Program-made: the position numbers and the translations under genes
Shown here: positions 37,748-52,482 of the stretch, one piece after another
How positions within the stretch are numbered: the stretch's first letter is position 1
Layout: the number at the start of each line of letters is the position of its first letter
Assembly (NCBI GenBank): GCA_964016885.1
Contig: OZ024756.1
Coordinates: 20,026,001-20,090,000, forward strand
DNA length: 64,000 nucleotides
DNA from: Eledone cirrhosa
Lineage: Eukaryota
Direction of reading: 5' to 3'
The notes under the pieces: generated by a model
Databases searched by the model: none
The model's input: only the letters and a program-made list of their open reading frames with translations
What the model was told of the DNA's origin: nothing

Positions 37748-37903
37748 TTCTTTGGCAAACATTTCTCTGGATTTTGGATTCAAGTTGGATCCCAGCCCTC
37801 GAATTAAACACACACCAAAATGAGCTTTGTTTTTAGCATGGCAAAGATGTGACAGGCCATTTTTCAAAATGCCAACCAAGCTAGTTTCTACAACCAGATC
37901 ATT
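37748..37903 (-). CDS. DYNC2H1: DYNC2H1 exon
   Basis: NDLVVETSLVGILKNGLSHL...LIRGLGSNLNPKSREMFAKE. Confidence 0.94.
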
Positions 37904-38837
37904 CTGAAATGATTGAAAAACAAAAAGAAATGTTTTTTTTATTTTATTTTATTTTATTTTTTTTTTTTTACATTTTTACATTAAAATTTTAAATTAAAAT
38001 TAGGTTAAAATAACCGGACAAAACAAATAAATTCCATTTAAATAGATATTTTTTTTATGGTTTAGTGGTTAGAGCATTGCGCTTGCAACCATTAGGTTGT
38101 GAGTTTCTATTCTCGGACCAGATGCTGTGTTGTCTTTGAGCAAGACACATTGTTTCCCATTACTCTAGTTTATTCAACTGTAGAAATGAGTTGCAATGTC
38201 ACTGGAGCCAAGCTGTATCGGCCATTGCCTTTCAATTATAATGTATGTATCGAGTATACATAATGTATATATAATTGTTTCTACTTTTGGCACAAGGCCA
38301 GCAATTACCCCAGTGCATTACTGGTACTTTATTTTATCAACCCTGTAAGGATGAAAGGCAAAGTTAACCGTGGCAGGATTTGAACTCAGAACGCAAAGTA
38401 TCGTGTCTGACACTCTACCGATACTGCCAATCTATATATAATATATACATAGTATATATATATATATTGTGATGTCACTGGAGCCAAGCTGCATCGGCCA
38501 TTGCTTTTCCCTTGGACAACATCAAATATAATGTATATATTGAGTATATATAATGTATATACAATGTATACATAGTGTATATAAGTATTGTGATGTCACT
38601 GGTGCCAAGCTGTATTGGCCATTGCCTTGGACAACGTCAGTGGTGAACCATATATATATATTTATACATATATAACTTTAAAAACACTAAATGGTCCTTC
38701 TTCTGTCATTGTTGTCTTTCTTTTCCATTCACTCTCTTGTGATGGAGAGAGAAAGAGACAGGGAGAAGGAGATGGACAAGGAAAAAGAGACAGTGAGAGA
38801 GAGAGATGGACAAGGAGAGAGATTAAGAGAGGAGGAG

Positions 38838-38873
<36 letters not shown>

Positions 38874-38967
38874 GGACATGAAGAGAGATTAAAAGAGGAG
38901 GAGAGAGAGAGAGGTGGACATGAAGAGAGAGAGAGAAAGGGTTATAGAAGGTTGAGTTATATCTCAC

Positions 38968-39097
38968 CTGTTTGATGACCCAATTAAGAGCTATGTAGAA
39001 ATAATCGTCAATCCAGGTGTTAAGTTTCATCTGTTGCAGTTCCTCCTGTTTTTGTAACCATGACTGCACCAGACCTTTCAGATTTATGTTTTCATCA
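38968..39097 (-). CDS. DYNC2H1: DYNC2H1 exon
   Basis: SDENINLKGLVQSWLQKQEELQQMKLNTWIDDYFYIALNWVIKQ. Confidence 0.93.
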
Positions 39098-40609
39098 CTG
39101 ACCACCACCACCACCACAACAACAGCAGCAGCAACAACAACAGCAACAACAACAGCAGCAAGAAGAAACAAATAAAGAGAAACATAAGAAAAAAGAACTA
39201 ACACCACCAACACCTACAACAGTAACAAATGCAATAACAACAACAACACCAACAACAACAACACCTACAACAACAACACCAACAACAACAACACCTACAA
39301 CAGTAACAACAACAGCAACAACACCACCACCAAAAAAGAACTAATTAAGATATAAAAGTCAAGGAGAAAATATTAACATGAATATTTCAAGAGATACAAT
39401 TACGTAAAGTTGAAGTTTTATTAATTTCTAAAATACAACAACAACAACAACAAAAGATATATAAAAAAAAAGAGGAAAAAAGACAAAAGAGGAAAAATGG
39501 GGGAAAATTAAGAAGAAAGAAAAAAAAACGAAAAAAAAACGAAAAAAAGAAGGAATATTGAGTCAGTTTAAATATCGGAGATGGACTTGACCTTTTAAGA
39601 ACCAAGTATGGCAATACCAAGCAGAATATATATATGTATATATATATGTGTGTGTATATATATATATATATATACACACACATACATATATGTATGTATA
39701 GATATATACATAAGACATAAAAACACACGTATACATTATATATATGCCCATAAACACACACATATATATATATTATATATATATATATACACATAGACAT
39801 TATATATATATATATATACACACACACTCACATATGTATACACACACACATACACACACATTATTATATTATATTGTATCATCAGAGTTTTATTATAAGA
39901 ATCTACAGTGAATTTAAATAATTATATCTTAAGAAAAATTATTTTTGTTTCTTTTCTGCTTTTTTTTCCTCACCACCACCATCAACATCATCACCATCAC
40001 CACCACCATCAACATTAACATCACCACCACCACCATCACCAGTCACCATCACTACCATCATCATCACCACCACCATTACCACCGTCACCACCACCCCCAT
40101 TTAATGTCCTGTTCTGAAACAACTTAATGAACTTAAATTTCTAGAATACATCTATTACAGTATTGCACTCTATATTGCACTTAAAGTGCTGCACATCTAT
40201 AACTGTACTGCACTGCTCTCTATATTGCACTTACAGTGCTGCACATCTATAACTGTACTGTACTGCTCTCTATATTGCACATAAACTGCTGCACTGCACT
40301 GTACTCTATTTGGCACATAAACTGCTGCACATGTATTACTGTACTGTACTCTATATTGCACTTACAGTGCTGCATATTTATTATTGTACTACACTGCACT
40401 CTATATTGCACATATATTACTGCACTGCACTCTGTTGGCATTAGGAAGAGCACCCAGTCATAGAAACCCAACAGCCAGCCCCAGAAAAAACCCTATAAGC
40501 AGGAAATAGTCATCAGAGTTTGTCTAGTCTCCTAACATGGCAACCTAGCTAACCTCTGTTAATATAGAACATAGGTGTTAAACCATGATGATGATGTTGA
40601 AATATTTGT

Positions 40610-40860
40610 GGTAGTAATAACCTTATCTGAGAAATAAAGGTATATTCTATGGTAATAGCCTCACCTGAGAAATAAAGGTATATTCTATGGTAGTAACAAC
40701 AACACCTGAGAAATAAAGGTATCTTCTATGGTGGTAACAACCTTACCTGAGAAATACAGGTATCTTCTATGGTGGTAATAACCACACCTAAGAAATATTT
40801 CCAGTAGTAATAACCTTACCTGAGAAATGTTAACAGTAGTAATAACCTTACCTGAGAAAT
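40610..40860. repeat. 30-42-bp tandem repeat containing the donor junction
   Basis: GTAATAACCTTACCTGAGAAAT-like motif, about 7 copies. Confidence 0.85.
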
Positions 40861-41059
40861 ATCATACCCATTCGGGATATTGTAGCAGGTGATGCATTAA
40901 CAAGGTCATGTGTCTCAAATATAAAGTTCACATTGGGCCCAAATTGAATTCTCTCCCCTGATGGCATGGTCAACAGTCTGTTGTCGTCCAGTACGGAATT
41001 CAGAGATTCAATCCATTCCGGATCAATATCGCCATCACATATAATCCAAGAATGGATAT
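40852..41059 (-). CDS. DYNC2H1: DYNC2H1 exon, AAA2 Walker B and arginine finger
   Basis: [70 protein letters not shown]. Confidence 0.97.
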
Positions 41060-42192
41060 CTGTAAAAGTAAAACCAGAAATAATGATAAGACATTACGGT
41101 CAGTTGACCAACACACTTCAACCACAATAAAAAAAAAAGCAACCAATCCACCCTGTAAAGTAGTCAGACTGGTGACATAACAAAAAATACAGTTAACCCT
41201 GTAAGGTGATCATATTGGTTCCATGACAAAAAAAAAAGCACCTAGTCTACTCTGTAAGGTGGTCATGCTGGTGCCAGGATAAAAAGCTCCCAGTCCACCT
41301 TGTAAGGTGGTCATGCTGGTGCCACAAGAAAATGCACCTATTTCACTCTGTAAGGTGATCATACTGGTGCCAGGACAAAAAGCATCCAGTCCACCCAGGA
41401 AAGTGGTCATACTGGTTCCAGAACAAAAAGCACCCAGTTCACACTGTAGGTTGACATTATCATCCTCATCATCATTTTACGTCCGCTTTTCCCTGCTTGC
41501 AAGGGTGGGACAGGTCCTATTCAGCACAGCATCTCTCAATTCGTCATGGTCCTTCGTCATCTCCTCCATGAGCTTCAGTGACCTCAAAGCACCCTCCTCC
41601 CTTGCTAATCTGATCACTTAGGTATTGGAAGCTATCAACCACATCTATAGATCTTACCTGCATTTGAAAAACGTGTCTATCACTGCAACTTCTACTGACA
41701 ATAAATAACAATAGGTTTTTCACGACCAACGATACCTAGGTGATTAGATTAGCAAGGGAGGAGGGTGCTTTGAGGCCATAGTATCTAGAATAAGAATGGG
41801 TTGGAAGAAGTTTAGGGAGCTGCTTCCTCTGTTGACAAAGAAGGGCTTCTCCTTATGAATGAAAGGCTGGTTATATGATGCCTGTGTGAGATGTGCAATG
41901 CTGCAAGGTAGTGAGACATGGCCAGCAAATGCGGAGGATATGTAAGGGCTGGAGAGAAGTGAAGCAAGCATGCTCCATTGGATGTGCAATGTCAATGTGC
42001 GTTACACTGTATAGTTTGTATCTGCTCCAGAAGAGGCAATGCCTTGCTTGCCTTTAGCTCCATTGTTGTTACAGATGGGTGGTTGGCAATAAATAACAAT
42101 AGGTTTTTCACCATGGAGAAAGTACAAACACATCAATAATGTTAGGAGAGACTATATAGTTGTCTGAAGAGAGTAGATTTGAGAATAATTAC

Positions 42193-42280
42193 CAAGAGGT
42201 TCTTTGACAACTTGACGGGCGCTGTTTGTAAGTACCCCGTCTGTCCATTCTCGAGTATCTATATCGATGTGACCAAGCAG
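42193..42280 (-). CDS. DYNC2H1: DYNC2H1 exon
   Basis: [29 protein letters not shown]. Confidence 0.95.
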
Positions 42281-42330
42281 CTAAATATGTTAGAAGAAAA
42301 GTTATTAATGTTAATAGAATATATAATTAT

Positions 42331-42368
<38 letters not shown>

Positions 42369-42541
42369 GTATATGTATATATGTGTGTGTATATATACAT
42401 ACATGCATTCATACAAACATACATATACACACACATATATATATGTATATATATGCATGTATATACATACATACATTCATACAAACATATATATATATAC
42501 ATAGATTCACACACATAAATATATATATATATATGAACATA

Positions 42542-42586
<45 letters not shown>

Positions 42587-42910
42587 CGCACACATAAATA
42601 CATACATATGCATACATACACCCACAACAACAACAAAAACAACAACAACAACAACAATATCAATAAGGATAAGAATAACAACAATAACATCAATAACAAC
42701 AGCAACAACAAGAAGAAGAAAAATTACAACAGCAACAACAGCAACAACAACAACATCAATAACAATAAAAACAATAACAGCAGCAACAACATCACTAAGA
42801 AGAAGAACGACAGCAGCAACAACAACAACAACAACATTGATAATAACAACAACAAAAACAACAACAACAGCAACAACTATAAGGTGTCAAAAGACTTGTG
42901 TGCAACATAC

Positions 42911-43087
42911 CTGAGTTCTTGGCATCGCTTTCGGGTTCATAGTGTAATATTTGACTGTCTGGCCAATCTTTGCTAAGGCCTGTCGTAACACTGACCAAAG
43001 GATTGACTTTCCTGAACCACTCGGTCCAACGATCACGATTCCCATCCTTTGTTTCAGCTGTTCATAGAGTTCCAGAGCTTTCTTCAC
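42911..43087 (-). CDS. DYNC2H1: DYNC2H1 exon, AAA2 Walker A
   Basis: VKKALELYEQLKQRMGIVIVGPSGSGKSILW...YTMNPKAMPRTQ. Confidence 0.96.
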
Positions 43088-44029
43088 CTGTTCAACACAA
43101 GTTTCTCATCATTTTAACCCTTTAGCATTCAGTTTTTAACAGGCACTCACAAATAAACGTTTTCTCATTGGAGGTGCTATTACCCCTTGCAACGCCAGGT
43201 TACACTGCTAGTCTCACATAATATCAAATCTATGAGATTTTGATATTATATATTTTGAGAACAATACCTTAACATAAGAGTGAGTGGCTGGTTATAGCCA
43301 GTTTGAACAGAAAGAGGTGAGAGAATTTTGGCCGGATATGGCTGGTTTAAATGCAAAAGGGTCAAATTATGTTAGACAATGGAGGCCACAAATAGTGTTC
43401 AAGCTCTTTCTTCACCTGTTCAACACAAGTTTTTCATCATTTTAGATTATGGTAGACAACAGGGGCCACAAAAATCTAACGAAATACTGCAAAGCTCTGC
43501 TGATTTTGCCAAACTTATAGCTTTAAATAATAATAATAATTGTTTCTACTTTTGGCACAAGGCCAACAATTACTCCAGTACATTACTGGTGCTTTATTTT
43601 ATCGACCCCGTAACGATGAAAGTTAATCCCAATAGGATTTGAACTCAGAACATAAAGGGACGTAACTCTATGCCACAAAGCATGTCTAACGTTCTATTGA
43701 TGCTGCCAATCCACCACAATAATAGTATTTATATATTATTTATAATTGTTTCTACTTTAGGCACAAGGCCAGCAATTACCCAGTGCATTACTGGTACTTT
43801 ATTTTATCGACCCCGTAAGGATGAAAGGCAAAGTCAACCTTGGCGGGATTTGAACTCAGATCGTAAAGGGACGTAACTATGCTGGAAAGCATGGCGTCCG
43901 ACCTTCTACCGATACTGCCAAAATGATTTCTTGATTAACTACACAGGGCTGACATAAAGAAAACATTAAGCACAACACAAGATGATGCAGTGTGTCTTTT
44001 AACGTGTGAAAAAAATGTACATGTTTCAA

Positions 44030-44750
44030 ACAGATGTCCCTACCACATATGTCAACAGATGTCCCTATTACATATGTCTATTATATATATCAAACAGATG
44101 TCTCTATTATATATGTCAAACAGATGCCCTTATTTCATATGTCAACTGTTGTCTATGTTACATATGTCAAACAGATGTACTTATTACATGTCAACAGATG
44201 TCCCTACTACATATATCAAACAGATGTCCCTATTACATATATCAACAGATGTTCCTATTAAATATGTCAACAGATGTCCCTACTACATATGTCAAACAGA
44301 TGTCCCTATTACATATATCAAACAGATGTCCCTATTACATATATCAACAGATGTTCCTATTAAATATGTCAACAGATGTCCCTACTACATATGTCAAACA
44401 GATGTCCCTATTACATATGTCAAACAGATGTCCCTACTACATATATCAAACAGATGTCCCTATTACATATATCAACATATGTCCCTATGTCAACAGATGT
44501 ATATTACATATATCAACAGATGTCTATAACATGTCAACAGATGTGTACAACATATACCAAACAGATGTCCCTACTACATATGTCAATAGATGTCCCTATT
44601 ACAAATGTATGTCCCTATTACATGTGTCAAACAGATGTCTCTACTACATATGTTAACAGATGTCCCTACTACATATGTCAAACAGATGCCCCTATTACAA
44701 ATGTCAAACAGATGCCCTATTACAAATGTCAAACAGATGTCCCTATTCTT
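44030..44750. repeat. About 27-bp minisatellite
   Basis: CAAACAGATGTCCCTATTACATATGT-like units. Confidence 0.9.
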
Positions 44751-45187
44751 TACATCTGGACAAACATTAACACCTACCCACAGACATAACTGTCCTGCTC
44801 CTTCAGATTTCACTATATTTTTGTCAATCATCCATATCCAACCAAACCTTTACAAGTATTACTAAAGCAGTTGTATAATTCCTAACAGCATTTACTTCAT
44901 CTACTCTACATTAACTCGTTATGCTAATTACTTAATTGTCTCTGCCTTAAATCACATCAATTAACCTTGCCAGGAATCTCATTAAACCAATTACCAAATG
45001 CCTAATATTAAATGTCATTGTTCACTTCCTATATCAGCCATACACATATGAGCCAACAAAAGATACAATATAACTATTGAGTCTGCTAGAAATAGCAACC
45101 AGTTCTCTTCTATATCAGATCCTACTTTCATAACAAAAAAGACATATTCTTTTGCATTGGTTTATCAAGCAACATACTACTGTTTAT

Positions 45188-45220
<33 letters not shown>

Positions 45221-45404
45221 CCACCAAGGGTAGACCACACTAGAAAAAAATATAAATATATATATATATATAGTGAAGGCGCATGGCTTAGTGGTTAGAG
45301 CATTGGGCTTGCAATCGAAAGGTTGTCAGTTCGATTCTCAGACCAGGTGATGCATTGTGTCCTGGAACAAGACACTTTATTTCATGTTGTTCCAGTTTAC
45401 TCAG

Positions 45405-46245
45405 CTGTGTATATATAGCAAAGTAGAGTGTATATATGGCATGGTAGTGCGTATATATGGTCTGGTAGTGTGTATATATGGCAAAGTAGTGTGTATATAT
45501 GGCAAAGTAGTGTGTATATATGGCAAAGTAGTGTGTATATATGGCATGGTAGTGTGTATATATGGCATGGTAGTGTGTATATATAGCATGGTAGTGTGTA
45601 TATATGGCATGGTAGTGTGTATATATGGCATGGTAGTGCGTATATATGGTCTGGTAGTCTGTATATATGGCAAAGTAGTGTGTATATATGATCTGGTTGT
45701 GTGCATATATGGTCTGGTAGTGTGTATATATGGCATGGTAATGTGTATATATGGCATGGTAGTGTGTATATATGGCATGGTAGTGTGTATATAAGGCATG
45801 GTAGTGTGTATATAAGGCATGGTAGTGTGTATATATGGCAAAGTACTGTGTATATATGGCATGGTAGTGTGTATATATGGCATGGTAGCGTATATATATG
45901 GCATGGTAGTGTATATATGGCATAGTAGTGTATATATATGGCATGGTAGTGTATATATGACAAAGTAGTGTGTATATATGGCATGGTAGTATGTATATAT
46001 GGCATGGTAGTGTGTATATATGGCATGGTAGTGTATATATATGGCATGGTAGTGTATATATGACAAAGTAGTGTGTATATATGACAAAGTAGTGTGTATA
46101 TATGGCATGGTAGTGTGTATATATGGCATGGTAGTGTGTATATATGACAAAGTAGTGTGTATATATGGCATGATAGTGTGTATATATGGCATGGTAGTGT
46201 GTATATATGACAAAGTAGTGTGTATATATGACATGGTAGTGTGTA
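45405..46245. repeat. 21-bp minisatellite
   Basis: GTGTATATATGGCATGGTAGT units. Confidence 0.92.
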
Positions 46246-47463
46246 TATTACAAACTATAGTCAGAGATAGAAGAAACCACAGCAGCAGACATGTTCCAAA
46301 GGAGAAGTTAATAATTTATTATGTGTAAAAAGCACGTAATGGGGAATTCATTATGAGTTAATGAAGTTTTCTACCCACACAGCTAGATCCCACTATATAC
46401 ACATACATAACTACACCTCTCTCTCTATATATATATATATTTATACATGGCTATATCTCATACATACATACACAGCAACACCTCTATATATATACACACA
46501 TAAATAGCTACTCCTCAATATATATATACATAGCTACATCTACATATATATACACATACACAGCTCTCTCTCTCTATATATACATAGCTCTATATATATA
46601 TATACATAGCTACAGCTCAACATATATATATATACACATAAAAATAGCTACTCCTCAATATATATATATATACACACATAGATAGCTACTCCTCAATATA
46701 TATATATATACATACCTAGATACACCTGCATATATATACACATACACAGCTACAGCTCAATATATATATATATACACATAGCTCCACTAGCATATATATA
46801 CATAGCTACACCTACATATATATACACATGCATAACTTAACTACACCTGAATATATATACATACACAGCTACATCTCATATATACGTACACAGCAACACC
46901 TCAATATATGCACATAAATAACTTCAATGTACTATATACACATACATAGGCTACACCTCAATATATATATATATACACATACACAGCTACATCTCAATAT
47001 ATACACACACATAGGCTACACCTCAATATATATATATATATATATACACACACAGCTACATATTAATATATACACATTCATGGCTACAGCTCAATATATA
47101 TATACACACACAGCTACATATTAATATATACACATACAAAGCTAAACCACAATATATACACACACACAGCTACATCTCATTATATTTACATACACAGTAA
47201 CATCTCAATATATATATATATACATAGCTAAACCTCAATATATACACATACATAGCTAAACTTCTATATATACACACATACATGGAGGCACATGGCTTAG
47301 TGGTTAGAGCATTGGCCTTGCAATCGAAAGGTTGTGAGTTCAATTCTCAGACCGGATGATGTGTTGTTTCCTTGAACAAGACACTTTATTTCCCATTGCT
47401 CCAGTTTACTCAGCTGTAGAAATGAGATGATAGAGACTGGGGTCCATATCATTCCACTGCAAA

Positions 47464-49177
47464 GTGGTCGTGTAGGTGCCATGGCAAAAAAGCACCCAGC
47501 CCACACTGTAAAGTGGTCGTGGAGGTGCCACGGCAAAACAACACCCAGCCCACACTGTAAAGTGGTCGTGGAGGTGCCACGGCAAAAAAGCACCCAGCCC
47601 ACACTGTAAAGTGGTCGTGGAGGTGCCACGGCAAAAAAGCACCCAGCCCACACTGTAAAGTGGTCGTGGAGGTGCCACGGCAAAACAACACCCAGCCCAC
47701 ACTGTAAAGTGGTCGTGGAGGTGCCACGGCAAAACAACACCCAGCCCACACTGTAAAGTGGTCGTGGAGGTGCCACGGCAAAAAAGCACCCAGCCCACAC
47801 TGTAAAGTGGTCGTGGAGGTGCCACGGCAAAAAAGCACCCAGCCCACACTGTAAAGTGGTCGTGGAGGTGCCACGGCAAAACAACACCCAGCCCACACTG
47901 TAAAGTGGTCGTGGAGGTGCCACGGCAAAACAACACCCAGCCCACACTGTAAAGTGGTCGTGGAGGTGCCACGGCAAAAAAGCACCCAGCCCACACTGTA
48001 AAGTGGTCGTGGAGGTGCCACGGCAAAAAAGCACCCAGCCCACACTGTAAAGTGGTCGTGGAGGTGCCATGGCAAAAAAGCACCCAGCCCACACTGTAAA
48101 GTGGTCGTGGAGGTGTCACAGCAAAAAAGCACCCAGCCCACACTGTAAAGTAGTCGTGGAGGTGTCACAGCAAAAAAGCACCCAGATCACACTGTAAAGT
48201 GGTCGTGGAGGTGCCACGGCAAAAAAGCACTCAGCCCACACTGTAAAGGGGTCGTGGAGGTGCCACGGCAAAAAAGCACCCAGCTCACACTGTAAAGTGG
48301 TCGTGGAGGTGCCATGGTAAAAAAGCACCCAGCTCACACTGTAAAGTAGTCGTGGAGGTGCCACGGCAAAAAAGCACCCAGCTCACACTGTAAAGTGGTC
48401 GTGGAGGTGCCACGGCAAAAAAGCACCCAGCTCACACTGTAAAGTGGTCGTGGAGGTGCCATGGTAAAAAAGCACCCAGCTCACACTGTAAAGTAGTCGT
48501 GGAGGTGCCACGGCAAAAAAGCACCCAGCTCACACTGTAAAGTGGTCGTGGAGGTGCCATGGTAAAAAAGCACCCAGCTCACACTGTAAAGTGGTCGTGG
48601 AGGTGCCATGGTAAAAAAGCACCCAGCTCACACTGTAAAGTGGTCGTGGAGGTGCCATGGTAAAAAAGCACCCAGCTCACACTGTAAAGTGGTCGTGGAG
48701 GTGCCATGGTAAAAAAGCACCCAGCTCACACTGTAAAGTGGTCGTGGAGGTGCCATGGTAAAAAAGCACCCAGCTCACACTGTAAAGTAGTCGTGGAGGT
48801 GCCACGGCAAAAAAGCACCCAGCTCACACTGTAAAGTGGTCGTGGAGGTGCCATGGTAAAAAAGCACCCAGCTCACACTGTAAAGTGGTCGTGGAGGTGC
48901 CACGGCACAAAAGCACCCAGCCCACACTGTAAAGGGGTCGTGGAGGTGCCACGGCAAAAAAGCACCCAGCCCACACTGTAAAGTGGTCGTGGAGGTGCCA
49001 TGGTAAAAAAGCACCCAGCCCACACTGTAAAGGGGTCGTGGAGGTGCCATGGTAAAAAAGCACCCAGCCCACACTGTAAAGGGGTCGTGGAGGTGCCACG
49101 GCAAAAAAGCACCCAGCCCACACTGTAAAGGGGTCGTGGAGGTGCCACGGAAAAAAGCACCCAGCATTCACTGTAAA
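47464..49177. repeat. 49-bp minisatellite, about 35 copies, inside a family 1 SINE (47283-49280)
   Basis: Unit GTGGTCGTGGAGGTGCCACGGCAAAAAAGCACCCAGCCCACACTGTAAA between an intact SINE head and tail. Confidence 0.95.
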
Positions 49178-49972
49178 TGAGGTTGGTGTTAGGAAGGGCA
49201 TCCAGCTGTAGAACTCAAGCCAGAATCAGTCCCCGTCCCACCCTTGCAAGCAGAGAAAAGCAGACGTAAAATGATGATGATACATAGCTGCATGATGATG
49301 ATGATGTACCCTGGAGTAGCGGTCATCAACCTTTCGGACTTCACTAACTTCCTAATTTTAAATCCCGCAGACCCTTAATATGAATTAATGGTCAATGGTC
49401 GAAACAATACTGAAGTGTACATGTGTCATATTGTCAATAGATGATTCATATGTGTAAAATTATTTCATGGATGTTAGTTCTTTACTGAGGAGAAACATTT
49501 TTTAGGGGTGTAATAAAATATATTTTAACCGAATATTATTTTTGTCTTATTATTAATAAAACATAAAGGGCGGTGGATTGGCAGTATCGGTAGAGGGTCG
49601 GATGCCATGCTTTGCAGCATATAGTTACGGCCCTTTATGATCTGACTTCAAATCCCGCCGAGGTTAACTTTGCCTTTCATCCTTACAGAGTCAATAAAAT
49701 AAAGTACCAGTCACACACTGGGGTCAATTTAATCGACTTTCCCCTCACCCAAAATTGCTGGCCTTGTGCCTATATAAGAAACCATTATTAATTGTTTCTA
49801 CTTTAGGCACAAGGCCAGCAATTACCCAGTGCATTACTGGTACTTTATTTTATCGACCCCATTATTAATAGAACATAAAAATTGTAAATAATGTCCACAT
49901 TTTTCTACGCACCACCAGTGGTCCGCGACCACTGCTGTACAGCATTGTATAAAAGAAAGTTGATTTACTTAC

Positions 49973-50187
49973 CTGACTTTCATCAACAGTGAGGTTCTGT
50001 TCTTGACACACATCGCGGAATGCCTGAGCGACCTCCTCAAAATGGATGTCTTTGAAGCTAACGCCCGGGAATATGTCTTTCACCAAACTGTCAAACATGC
50101 TGCTGTCAGAAAAGGTGAGCTTTGACAGGGTGTTAAATCTTAGTGCCTGCACCACCAACATCGATTCAACAGATTCATCGATGACCA
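49973..50187 (-). CDS. DYNC2H1: DYNC2H1 exon
   Basis: VVIDESVESMLVVQALRFNTLSKLTFSDSSMFDSLVKDIFPG...VDESQ; AAG acceptor, GTAAGT donor. Confidence 0.92.
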
Positions 50188-52202
50188 CTTGACGAGGTGA
50201 ATTATATGGAAGAAGAAGAGGAAGGAGAACAAAACGAAAACATATTCAAATTCAGTTTGACATGAGGAACGATTTATAGATCAATTGTTAAAAAAAAAAA
50301 TCAATGTTTCACAAAGTGTTTTTTTCTATTAATATGTATTGAATAATTGATGCGAAGTGCAGCTCGTTGCCGTTTCTAATTAATTAAAATCTTTCAACAT
50401 GATTTGATATAAGAACCATATGTTAAGTTACTACCTCAACAATGGTTTCTGATTTAGGCACAAGGCCAACAATTTGGGGCAAGGGAAAGTTGATTAAACT
50501 GACCCCAGTATGTTACTGGTAATTTATTTTATTGAACCCGTAAGGATGAAAGGCAAGGCTAACCTCAGTGGGATTTGGACTCATAATGTAAAGGGCCATA
50601 ACTACATGCCACAAAACATGTCTTTTTATGATCTGCCAATACACCGCCATTTGTGGCTCCAAAAATAATAATAATTGTTTCTACTTTTGGCACAAGGCCA
50701 GCAATTACCCAGTGCATTACTGGTACTTTATTTTATCAACCTCGTAAGGATGAAAGGCAAAGTTAACCTTGGCGGGATTTGAACTCCAATAATAATAATA
50801 ATGGTTTCTGATTTAGGCAGAAGGCCAACAATTTTTGTGGGAGAGGAAAGTCGATTAAATTGACCCCAGTGCATTACTGGTACTTTATTTTATCGACCCC
50901 GTAAGGACGAAAGTTAAAGCTAACCTCGGCAGGATTTGAACTCAGAACATATAAGACTGTAAATTACATGCGACAAAGCATGTTGTCCGACACTCTACTG
51001 ATTAAAATAATAATTGTTTCTACTTTTGGCACAAGGCCAGCAATTATCCCAGTGTATTACTGGTACTTTATTTTATCGACCCCGTAAGGATGAAAGGCAA
51101 AGTTAACCTCGGCGGGATTTGAACTCAGTCCGTAAAGGGACGTAACTGTGCTGCAAAGCATGGCGTCCGATCCTCTACCGATACTGCCAATCCCCCACCC
51201 TACTCTACTGATTAAAATAATAATAACAATGAATTCTAATTTAAGCACAAGGCCAGCAATTTTGTAGTGTAAGTCATTCAACCCCAGTACTTGACAAGTA
51301 CTATTTTCTTGACCTTGAAAGGCAAAGCTGACTTTGGTGGGATTTGAACTTGGAATGTAACAAGTTGTAACTAAATAGTGCCAAGCATTTTCTTTGATGA
51401 TCTACCACATCATTTGAAGGGGAAGTTGAGGGTGGAGAAGACCACAATAAGGATGAAACATAACATAAACGTACCGTACCTGTTTATTTACCTACTTACT
51501 TATCGTTCTACCTACTAGCACGCTATCTTCACATCTACCTATTTAACTACCTGTTTACTCATATTTAAAGTTCTATAATAATCTGACACAGAGAAGAGCC
51601 AAACTCCCACTGTCATCGCCTCCATCTCTCTCGCCCTCCCCTGAAAATTATCCATTAATTAATTAGAATGCAGTGTATTTCATTAGAAATATGGTAATGA
51701 AAGAGTTAATTCAGCATTCCCTGCTAAAACTGACATATTGTATTCGTTAGTAGGTAATTTTAAATATATAAGCGCTCCAACTGCCTGGATCAGTGACCAA
51801 TACTTTCATGTGGTGGTTATCTATAGCTATTTAAAGCTATTTTTAGATTCAAGATGACCAATGTGTTCGTGTGGTGGCTATTTATAACTGAATGACATGT
51901 CTTAGAAATAAAACTAAGTATTTCAAATATGGTGAGTGTGTGTGTGTGTGTGCGTATGTGTGTGAGAGGGAGACAGAGAGGGGGAGGGGAGAACGTGAGA
52001 GAGAGAGAGAGAGTAAGAGAGAGAGGAGAGAGAGAAAGTGAGAGAAGAGAGTAACAGAGAGAGAGAGAAGAGAGTAACAGAGAGAGAGAAGAGAGTAACA
52101 GAGAGAGAGAGAGAGAGAGAGAGAGAACAGAGCAACAGAGAGAGAGAGTGTGTGTGTGTGTGTGTTAGAGAGAGAAAGAAAGTGAGAGAGAGGGAAAGTG
52201 AA

Positions 52203-52271
<69 letters not shown>

Positions 52272-52366
52272 AAGTGAGAGAGAGAGTGAGAAAGTGAGAG
52301 AGAGACAGAGAGAGAGAAGAGAATTAGAGAGAGAAAGAGAGTGAGAATTAGAGAGAGAAAGAGAGT

Positions 52367-52420
<54 letters not shown>

Positions 52421-52430
52421 AGTGAGAAAA

Positions 52431-52482
<52 letters not shown>

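Noticed and set aside
47283-47356. tRNA-like sequence
   Set aside because: It is the SINE head, continuous with the SINE body in many copies; not a tRNA gene.
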